Origin: Chloroflexota bacterium
GTDB taxonomy: Bacteria > Chloroflexota > Dormibacteria > CF-121
DNA: 39,456 nucleotides
Direction: 5' to 3'
Assembly (NCBI GenBank): GCA_005881235.1
Contig: VBEQ01000207.1
Coordinates: 1 to 39,456 of the forward strand
Part shown: positions 28,210 to 35,394 of the stretch, piece by piece
Numbering within the stretch: position 1 is the first letter of the stretch
Layout: the number at the start of each line of letters is the position of its first letter
Program-made: the position numbers and the translations under genes
The notes under the pieces: generated by a model
What the model was told of the DNA's origin: nothing
What the model saw: only the letters and a program-made list of their open reading frames with translations
Database searches by the model: none

Positions 28210-28802
28210 TGGCTCGGATCGAATGGGTCGCGGACGACGATGCATCGGGCGAGCTCGCCGATGTCTACCGTGAGCTGAAGCGAACATCGGCGAAGGGAAA
28301 CGTCCCCGACATCCTGCGGACGATGAGCCTGCGACCCGACTTCTTGCGTGCCATCGATAAGGCGAGCCGGCTGCACTTCACCGACGGAGCACTCAGCCGA
28401 GCGGAGCACGAAATGATCGCTTCCTACGTCTCGGCGCTAAACCGCTGCCACTATTGACTCAGCAGCCATGCCTGGTTCCTGCAGTTGCAGGGGGAGCAAT
28501 ACTCGAAAGCGGCGGCGGCGCTGCGCGACGGGGACCTCGAGGCCGCCGACCTGGCGCCGAAGCACCGGCTGCTCCTGGAATTCGTCGAGACGCTAACCCG
28601 GCACGCGTACCGCATCACCGACGAGCAGGTCCAGCGGCTCCGCGAGGTCGGGTGGAGCGACGCGCAGATTGCCGAAGCCGTCTATGACGGGGCGCTTTTC
28701 AACCTTTTCGTGCGGCTTGCCGATGCTTTCGACATCCACCCCGACCCCTCGTATGATGCGGCGGGCGCACCCGGGGTCCTCGGCCGACCCGACGGGCCCT
28801 GA
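28209..28802 (+). CDS. AhpD/carboxymuconolactone decarboxylase-family peroxidase-related protein with in-frame TGA at 28455-28457 (candidate selenocysteine; otherwise a disrupted gene)
   Basis: ORFs 28209..28457 and 28485..28802 are in the same frame. Read-through gives a 197-aa protein with ..VSALNR-C-H-Y-[TGA]-L-S-S-H.. in place of the family CxxCxxxH motif. The downstream half has no in-frame ATG. The start ATG overlaps the cyclase stop (TGATG). Confidence 0.65.
28476..28493 (+). promoter_or_regulatory. Small hairpin downstream of the in-frame TGA (SECIS-like candidate)
   Basis: UU-CCUGC-[AGUU]-GCAGG-GG: five Watson-Crick pairs plus two G-U pairs. The core stem starts 20 nt after the TGA, and the 4-nt loop contains G and U. 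Confidence 0.3.
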
Positions 28803-28813
28803 TGCTCGCCCGC

Positions 28814-29665
28814 CTACTGCACCGTGGCGCTGTCCAGCAACTGGGCGACCACTGACGAACTCGGCTCGTCGAGCAGGAAAATCAAGTCGTAGTAACGGGT
28901 GGTCGTGGTGAGCCTGATCTCGTGGACGAGCCCTGCACAGCCGCTGCCGGCCAGCTTGATGCTGAATACGTGGTCGGTAGCGGGAAGGTCGCCGACAAGC
29001 GCCTGCTCGGCGGACCGCGCCGTCCACGCAGTTCGGGGCGGTAGGCCGGCCGGCACCATGGTCTCGGTCGGCGCCTGGTCCCTCGCGCCAGTCTCCACGT
29101 AGAGCAACGTCATCGGCCCGTTCTTGTAGCGTGCCTCCGCCTTCCCCGGTACCGTCGTCTGGAACTGATAGCCAACCGGCAACCAGATCTTTAGCGAGTC
29201 GGTCGACGCCAGGCTAATTGGGTAGTTGGTTGTATAGCGGCCGCTCAACCAACCATCCCGGCCGTCGCTCATGCGAATTTGATACCAGGTAATACCATCG
29301 CCATTGGGATTGGTCTGTTCGCCCTGAACGGTCAATTGCGTTCCGGTCGGCAGCGTCGTGAGGCGCGTCGCCGAAGCTGCGGGGGCGGCCCGGACGTTGA
29401 CTCCGTCCGAGGCGTGTACCCAGGCACTCCGAGGGATCGTATTGCCTTGTTCGATCCTGCGGACTACAACGTCTTGACACGTGCCACCTGCGGAGGGTGT
29501 GACAGTCGGCGAAGGCGAGCCGTTGGCCGGGACCAGGCTCGACGTGTGCGAGCCGGATAGCGACAGGGCGACGTGATGGTCCCAGGGCCGCAACACAGCG
29601 AGCCCGACCTCAGCGCCTAGCAAAGTCATGACCAGGCCCCACGCCGCCAGCTCGAGCTTTGTCAC
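28814..29665 (-). CDS. Secreted/anchored protein with bacterial SH3 domain (paralog of 6647..7477)
   Basis: 283 aa. N-terminal hydrophobic anchor, Ser/Pro/Thr linker, SH3b-like ..GVNVRAAPAASATRLTTLPTGTQLTV......ITWYQIRMSDGRDGWLSGRY.., and a C-terminal domain ending ..VVAQLLDSATVQ. Confidence 0.6.
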   Translation of the reverse strand: MTKLELAAWGLVMTLLGAEVGLAVLRPWDHHVALSLSGSHTSSLVPANGSPSPTVTPSAGGTCQDVVVRRIEQGNTIPRSAWVHASDGVNVRAAPAASATRLTTLPTGTQLTVQGEQTNPNGDGITWYQIRMSDGRDGWLSGRYTTNYPISLASTDSLKIWLPVGYQFQTTVPGKAEARYKNGPMTLLYVETGARDQAPTETMVPAGLPPRTAWTARSAEQALVGDLPATDHVFSIKLAGSGCAGLVHEIRLTTTTRYYDLIFLLDEPSSSVVAQLLDSATVQ

Positions 29666-29669
29666 GATC

Positions 29670-30728
29670 CTAGCCGCGCCCCGGGTTGTCGGGCGTCGCC
29701 GTCACGGTGGCGGCATTTGACTGCTGGGCGGCCACCTTATCGATCGTGCACCTCACGGTGGTCGTTGCGTTGTACCCGACGTCCGGCACGACCTGCGCCT
29801 GGCAACTTCCGAGGACCTGCCGAGAGGCGGTGTCCGCCATGGTGAAGGTGATGGTGGAGGGCGCCCGGGCATGCAGTAGGCCGCCGAGATTCTTGAGCGA
29901 GGCCGAGACAACGCAGGGCGAGCCGCATCCCGAGGTGTCGACCGACACCACCGTGTAGATGGGCGGCAGCGTCGTGAGATTCGAGAAATCAATCACATCA
30001 GCAGGCGCCGAAATCCCGAAGTCCTGGTTGTAATTGATGAACCGAAGGTCGGCGTCGCGAATGCCGTCAACCACAACCCCGTGTTTCAGGCGCACGCGTA
30101 GCACCCGATAAGGCGCCTGCGCGGTGATGAACACCTCTCCTCGCGCGCCGGACAAGTCGACCGCATCGACTCCATCCACCGACACGTGGTCGGTGCGCTG
30201 CGTGATCGCCGGCCCGAGGAACGTCGAACGGAAGACGTTTCCATCGGTCAGGTCCGTCAGTTGGGGAACGTGGCCGGCCGATCCCTTCCACCAGCCATTT
30301 CCGGCCGCCTTAACAAAGCTGCGAGAAACAATGTCGCTGCCCATGTGCGCCGACAGAAACTGCTGCCCGCGAAAATAGGCACTGTTGCCAATGATGATCG
30401 CTTCGAGCTTGACATCAGCCTTCGTAACCGTCACGTACTCGGCGCCGCTGCGGCTCAGTTGCAGATCGATCGACCACTGGTTGCTGCCTTCGCTATACAA
30501 GCCGGTAATCTCGAAGCTGTCGGCCGCGATCAGCGTGCCGGTGGCGCCGCTCTCCAGGCTGCGCGTCGTGGGGAGGCCGAGACCGAAGGGAAGATCACAG
30601 GCTGAGAGCGCGGCGACGACGACGGCTCCAACCAACCCCGCCCGTGCTCGGTACGACGCCTGCGATCGAGAGCGAATTGCTAACAAGGCCTGGGGTGTAA
30701 CGGGTTGAGCATTCCAACCGTTACTCAA
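29670..30728 (-). CDS. Putative secreted lipoprotein of unknown function
   Basis: 352 aa. Arg-rich n-region, hydrophobic core and lipobox LSAC; the rest is beta-rich. The start is uncertain: TTG at 30728, with an alternative TTG at 30686. Confidence 0.55.
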   Translation of the reverse strand: MSNGWNAQPVTPQALLAIRSRSQASYRARAGLVGAVVVAALSACDLPFGLGLPTTRSLESGATGTLIAADSFEITGLYSEGSNQWSIDLQLSRSGAEYVTVTKADVKLEAIIIGNSAYFRGQQFLSAHMGSDIVSRSFVKAAGNGWWKGSAGHVPQLTDLTDGNVFRSTFLGPAITQRTDHVSVDGVDAVDLSGARGEVFITAQAPYRVLRVRLKHGVVVDGIRDADLRFINYNQDFGISAPADVIDFSNLTTLPPIYTVVSVDTSGCGSPCVVSASLKNLGGLLHARAPSTITFTMADTASRQVLGSCQAQVVPDVGYNATTTVRCTIDKVAAQQSNAATVTATPDNPGRG

Positions 30729-30730
30729 CG

Positions 30731-32410
30731 GTGAGCGCCAAGCGCCGGGCGGTGCGCCTCTTCGGCCGGGAATACGCAGTCATCCTTCCCAGCCTGCGTG
30801 ATCCACGGATGCATGTCGCAGCCGTGCTGGTAACGCTCCAGGTGTTGGGCCAGACGGTGCTCGGCTTCCGGCTCTCGGTGGCCCAGATTCTCATCTGTCT
30901 TGCGACCGGCGCCCTGATCGAATTCGGGGTCGCCTTCTTCAAGGACAGCGCCATCATGTGGCCGGCGAGCGGATTGCTGACTGGCAACAGCACGGCCTTC
31001 ATCTTGCGAACGCCCGGCACGCTTCATGGCCAGTGGTGGAGCACGCATGGGATCTGGATCTTTGTCGGTGTGGTCGCCATCTCGATGGCGTCGAAGTACC
31101 TGATCCGCTGGCATGGGCGGCACATCTTCAACCCCTCGAACCTTGGCCTGGTCATCGCCTTCGTCGCGCTGGGCCCCAAGTTTACGGAGCCGCAGGATCT
31201 GTGGTGGATCCCGCCCGGTCCGTGGCTGATTGTGACCTACGCGGTCCTGGTGGTCGGGGGGTTGTTGATCGCGTGGGAACTTCGATTGCTCGGGCTCGAG
31301 CTCGCCTTCATGGCTGGGTTTGCGGCCTTTACCGCCGTGGCGCTGGCGCTGGTGCCCGACCATTGCATGGTCGCCAGCTGGCACGTGGCGCCAATGTGCG
31401 GACGTGAACTCTGGCAGATCCTGGTCACCTCGCCGGAACTCCTGGTCTTCGGCCTCTTCATGATCCCCGACCCACGGACCGTTCCCGACGGCCCAGTGGC
31501 GCGCGCGGCGTTCGGCATTGTCGTCGCGATCCTGGCGGTGCTGCTGATCGGCCCGACGACGTTGGAGTTCTGGACCAAGACCGCGATCCTGGCAAGTCTC
31601 GTCATCGCCTGTGCACTGCGCTTTGCCCTGGCGCAGTTCCTCTCTCCGCTTGAAGCCCCGGTCAGGCGGAGGGCTGGGACGCGTCGCCTGAGCTGGCGCC
31701 TACCGGCAGCGCTGGCCGTCGCTCTCGTCCTGGTTGGCACCCTTCCCGTCGCCGCCGATCTATCCACCCACAACCCGGAGCCGGCCGCTGGGCTCGCCGA
31801 TGGGTCGACCCCAGCCCTCGTGGCCACCATTGGTGCCGGGCCGGCCATCGGCGGCTGGGTTTCGAGCTCAGCAGCCGCCGCACTGCCGCCCCCCAGAGGT
31901 TCGGGGCCCGCCTCCGCATCGGCACAGCTGTGGATCCTGCCACCGATTCCCAATGTCACCATCGCCTCGAATGTGGTCGCCTTCGATCAGTCCGTGCCGA
32001 AGAGCGCGACGAGGATGGCGCATGACGCGGTGCTCGACCTCATCATCGAATCCGAAGCGCGTCGCGCCCACGATTTGAAACTGGCAGAAACTGGGGCCAC
32101 CGGCGATGGGCTCAAAGAATTCACCGACGTCATCAAGCAGGACATCGCGTCTGGAAAGATCATCCAGAAGACCTACACCTTCGACAAGGTCAGCCTCAAT
32201 CTCTTCCTTCCTAAGTTCAGCAGCCAGGCGTCGCGGCTGGTGGGCGTCACCCTGACCGGAACCTCGACCTTCATCACCAGAGATGCGTCGGGCAATGTGT
32301 TGTCGCAGAGCAGTACGCCGTATTCGAAGAGCTGGGGTCTTGACACGTCCGCGAGCGTCGGCCACCAGGTCATCATCAATGACTACACGGAGCTGAGCCC
32401 TGCCCCCTGA
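30731..32410 (+). CDS. RnfD/NqrB-like polytopic membrane protein with Pro/Ala-rich linker and C-terminal soluble (NTF2-like?) domain
   Basis: 559 aa. ..WPASGLLTGNSTAFIL.. and ..GRHIFNPSNLGLVIAFVAL.. resemble the conserved SALxTG and NPFNPA segments of RnfD/NqrB (recalled from memory). No other Rnf/Nqr subunit genes are nearby. Confidence 0.6.
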   Translation: MSAKRRAVRLFGREYAVILPSLRDPRMHVAAVLVTLQVLGQTVLGFRLSVAQILICLATGALIEFGVAFFKDSAIMWPASGLLTGNSTAFILRTPGTLHGQWWSTHGIWIFVGVVAISMASKYLIRWHGRHIFNPSNLGLVIAFVALGPKFTEPQDLWWIPPGPWLIVTYAVLVVGGLLIAWELRLLGLELAFMAGFAAFTAVALALVPDHCMVASWHVAPMCGRELWQILVTSPELLVFGLFMIPDPRTVPDGPVARAAFGIVVAILAVLLIGPTTLEFWTKTAILASLVIACALRFALAQFLSPLEAPVRRRAGTRRLSWRLPAALAVALVLVGTLPVAADLSTHNPEPAAGLADGSTPALVATIGAGPAIGGWVSSSAAAALPPPRGSGPASASAQLWILPPIPNVTIASNVVAFDQSVPKSATRMAHDAVLDLIIESEARRAHDLKLAETGATGDGLKEFTDVIKQDIASGKIIQKTYTFDKVSLNLFLPKFSSQASRLVGVTLTGTSTFITRDASGNVLSQSSTPYSKSWGLDTSASVGHQVIINDYTELSPAP

Positions 32411-32420
32411 TCCCGTGGCT

Positions 32421-33995
32421 CTATTGACGGACGACGGCCGGCGCGTGCCCGCGTAAAACGAACTTCTGGATCTTTCCCGTTGCGGTCTTGGGTAGCTCCT
32501 CGACGAAGTTGAACCACTGCGGCACCTTGAAGTGCGCCAACTTCGCCCGCGCAAATTCTCGAAGCTCCTCCTCGGTCGCCGTCTGACCGGGTTTCAGCAC
32601 GATAAAGGCGCAGGGCGCCTCCCCCCAGCGTTCGTGCGGAAGGCCGACCACCGCCACCTCTTGCACGGCGGGATGGTGCAGCAGACATCCCTCGACCTCG
32701 ATCGACGAGATGTTTTCGCCACCGCTGATGATGACGTCCTTCAGCCGGTCGCGGATCTCGGCGTACCCGTCCGGGTGGACGACGGCGGCATCGCCGGTGT
32801 GGAACCAGCCATCGCGGATTGCCTTCGCCGTGGCTTCCGGATCCCGGTAGTACCCCTTGAGCACCGCATTGCCCCGGACGACGATCTCGCCGATGGTGCT
32901 GCCGTCGTGGGGCACCTCCTGGCCGGTTTCCGTGTCCACGACGCGCAACTCGCCGGAGGTGATCAGCTCCACGCCCGTCCGCGCTTTGATGGTGGCCCGC
33001 TCCGCTGCCGTCAGCGCGGCATGTTCCGGTAAGGGATCGCAGACCGTGATGAAGGGCGAGGTCTCGGTCAACCCATAGACCTGGGTGACCTCCCAGCCCA
33101 GCTCTCCCTCGAGCCGCTCGATGGTGGCGGCGGCGGGAGGGGCGCCCGCGGTCACGACCCGCACGCCGCGCGGAACATCGCCACGGACGTTCGCCGGCGC
33201 ATTGGCGAGTCCGATCAGGACCGTGGGCGCCGCGCACAGCCAGGTCACGTGCTCCTCGCGGATCAATCGGAAGACGGCCGCGGGGTCTGGCTTTGCCAGA
33301 CAGATGTGGGTGCTGGCGGCGGCGGTCACGGTCCAGACAAAGGTCCATCCGTTGGCGTGGAACATGGGCAGGGTCCAGAGGTAGCGGTCGCCGATCCCCA
33401 GCCGGAGGTGGAGCAGTGTTCCGATCGTGTTCAGGTAGGCGTTGCGGTGGGTGATCATGACACCCTTGGGCCGTGCCGTCGTCCCGCTCGTGTAGTTGAT
33501 GGTGAGCAAGTCGCTCTCGCCGATGTCCGGGCGCCTGACGTCCGGCGATTCGGTCTTAAGGGTTGCCTCGTAATCGAGCCACCCGGCGCGCGAGCCGGTC
33601 AGCGCGACGAACTGTTTGACGTCCCCGATCCGGTCGCGAATACCGTCCACGCTCTCGAGGTAATCCTCGGTGGCGCAGACGACGGTTGCCCCGGAGTGAT
33701 CGATGATGTAGGCGAAATCGTCGGCTGTCAGCCGGTAGTTGACGGGAACCAGCACGGCGCCAATCTGCGGCACCGCGTAAAACGACTCGAGCTGCTGGTG
33801 GACGTTCGGTGCGATGTAGGCGACTCGGTCGCCCTGGCGAACGCCCATCCGCTGGAGCGCGGCGGACCAGCGGTCGCAGCGGTCAAAGAACTGCTCGTAG
33901 CTGAGCCGGAGGTTGCCGTCGACGACGGCCTCACGCTGCGGATGCAACCGTCGAGTCCGCCGCATGAATTCGAGTGGCGTGAGCGGCGTCTCCAT
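32421..33995 (-). CDS. AMP-dependent acyl-CoA synthetase/ligase (ANL superfamily)
   Basis: 524 aa with the AMP-binding signature INYTSGTTARPKGVMITHRN, later YGLTET and GWFHTGD, and a C-terminal ..LPKTATGKIQK. Confidence 0.92.
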   Translation of the reverse strand: METPLTPLEFMRRTRRLHPQREAVVDGNLRLSYEQFFDRCDRWSAALQRMGVRQGDRVAYIAPNVHQQLESFYAVPQIGAVLVPVNYRLTADDFAYIIDHSGATVVCATEDYLESVDGIRDRIGDVKQFVALTGSRAGWLDYEATLKTESPDVRRPDIGESDLLTINYTSGTTARPKGVMITHRNAYLNTIGTLLHLRLGIGDRYLWTLPMFHANGWTFVWTVTAAASTHICLAKPDPAAVFRLIREEHVTWLCAAPTVLIGLANAPANVRGDVPRGVRVVTAGAPPAAATIERLEGELGWEVTQVYGLTETSPFITVCDPLPEHAALTAAERATIKARTGVELITSGELRVVDTETGQEVPHDGSTIGEIVVRGNAVLKGYYRDPEATAKAIRDGWFHTGDAAVVHPDGYAEIRDRLKDVIISGGENISSIEVEGCLLHHPAVQEVAVVGLPHERWGEAPCAFIVLKPGQTATEEELREFARAKLAHFKVPQWFNFVEELPKTATGKIQKFVLRGHAPAVVRQ

Positions 33996-34070
33996 GACTA
34001 AGACAATACGCCGTGAGAGGCTGGTGGCTCAGTACGCTGGCCACCAACCCCTTAAAAGCCGGGCGTTATT

Positions 34071-35219
34071 TTAGTCGCGGCGGCTGTTATCGTCGCCGTC
34101 GTTGTCGTGCGGCAGCGCCAGCTTCCAGACGGTGCCGCCCTGGGCGCAGAGCTGTGGGATCCCCGTCGCCGGGCAGACACTGTCGGCGCTGAAGTAGAGA
34201 TTGCCATCCGGCCCCACGACGTCCATGTTGGGGAAGTTGAGCCCAGCCGCGATCACCGAGGACGTCCCCTCCTCGGTATCGAGCTTGACGATGTTGCCAG
34301 TGAACGGCTGCGGGGGTGTTGGCGTGGTCCACATGTTGACGAAGTAGACGTTCCCCTGCCCGTCGGCGGTGCAGCCGGTCACGTGCTTGAGATCCGAGTT
34401 GGCCACGAGCGTCACCGACCGGCCGTGTACGCGGTAGAGGTGGCCCGCCAGCGTGGCGACCCACAATGCGTCGTCCGTCGCCGCGATGCAGTCCGGCACC
34501 TCGTCGCTTGGGAAGGCGTTCTGCCGGAATGGGAAATAGTGGAGCACGCTGATGTGCCCACCATTGCTGACGAACTCCAGCGTGTTCGATCCGGCATCGG
34601 CAACGTAGGAACCACCGTTAGTTGCCAGGACGCCGTACGGGTTGGAGTCGTGCTCCTGGTTCGGGATGTCGGCGGTGTAGTCGAAGCCGAATGCGCCAAC
34701 GCCGGCGACCTTTCGCCAGGTGCCGTTCGACTTTACCGAAAGCAACGCGCCCGCCTCCTTCTTGGCGGCGGCGACGTCCGCCCGGCATTCAGTGTCCCCG
34801 GCGGCGCACTGGTAATTCGCGAAGGCCTGCGGGAACACGCCCAGGATGGCCATCAGGGATCCGTTACGCGCGGAAATCCCGTCCACTCCCAGGGCTTCGC
34901 CGTGGGTAGGATCGAAGAACTCGGCGGCGGAGAACAGGTGGTCGACGAGCGGAGTGTGGGTTGCAGTCGCCGTGTTAACCCACGAAATCTGTGACGTACG
35001 GCCGAAACAGATGGTCGGCACGCCGGGGATGCAGTTGTTACCCCCGTGGCCGGCCTCGGCTACCACCAGCTTGCCCTTGAAGAACTCGACCCCGCGTGGG
35101 CTGTCGAAGCCGGCGGCAACGAGCGTCGGCGCCCCGGTAGCCGCCGCGGGTGTGGGCACCAGCGCCCCCACCGCCATGAATACGACGGCGGCCAACGACA
35201 AACGGAATTTCCCTCGCAT
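34071..35219 (-). CDS. Secreted beta-propeller protein, ScyD/ScyE-like
   Basis: The ATG at 35219 is preceded by GGTGGAGGAG. Signal peptide MRGKFRLSLAAVVFMAVGALVPTPAAA, then ..LVAAGFDSPRGVEFFKGKLVVAEAGHGG.. and repeated propeller-like strands. The upstream part of ORF 34071..35312 is probably not translated. Confidence 0.62.
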   Translation of the reverse strand: MRGKFRLSLAAVVFMAVGALVPTPAAATGAPTLVAAGFDSPRGVEFFKGKLVVAEAGHGGNNCIPGVPTICFGRTSQISWVNTATATHTPLVDHLFSAAEFFDPTHGEALGVDGISARNGSLMAILGVFPQAFANYQCAAGDTECRADVAAAKKEAGALLSVKSNGTWRKVAGVGAFGFDYTADIPNQEHDSNPYGVLATNGGSYVADAGSNTLEFVSNGGHISVLHYFPFRQNAFPSDEVPDCIAATDDALWVATLAGHLYRVHGRSVTLVANSDLKHVTGCTADGQGNVYFVNMWTTPTPPQPFTGNIVKLDTEEGTSSVIAAGLNFPNMDVVGPDGNLYFSADSVCPATGIPQLCAQGGTVWKLALPHDNDGDDNSRRD

Positions 35220-35273
35220 CTCCTCCACCCTTTGCCCCCGCTTAACCCGTCTTAACGCAATAGCCCATTGGGG

Positions 35274-35310
35274 CCAGCCGACATGGTACGGCTGGACGCT
35301 GAGTCCAGTC
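35274..35310. promoter_or_regulatory. Two mutually exclusive hairpins in the ScyD-like/dxs divergent spacer
   Basis: Hairpin A is CCAGCCG(35274-80)/CGGCTGG(35289-95) with an 8-nt loop. Hairpin B is CTGGAC(35292-97)/GTCCAG(35303-08) with a 5-nt loop, extendable by G-U and G-C pairs. They share 35292-35295. Confidence 0.3.
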
Positions 35311-35394
35311 AAGGGGCAGGGAAACCAAATCTCGGTTATCGCCGTTATCTGTCGAGCAGGGGCTTGGCGGCTCTTCGCTAGACTCGAATCGAAT

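Noticed and set aside
32090-32101. A T-G-A-T motif in the C-terminal domain of the RnfD-like protein, considered as an ApbE flavinylation site ([S/T]GA[S/T]).
   Set aside because: The Asp usually found upstream in the flavinylation consensus is missing. The motif lies in a predicted helical part of an NTF2-like alpha+beta domain, not in an FMN_bind-type domain or the RnfD loop. A four-residue match is weak.
34022-34046. A hairpin TGGTGGC-N11-GCCACCA downstream of the ScyD-like gene, considered as a rho-independent terminator.
   Set aside because: No U-tract follows on the relevant (-) strand and the loop is long. At most it is a weak structural element.
34846-35394. The 5' extension of the dxs ORF, which would give an 822-aa protein.
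   Set aside because: The extension overlaps the opposite-strand ScyD-like gene and the intergenic spacer. Its translation is low-complexity, and the canonical Dxs N-terminus begins at the ATG at 35395.
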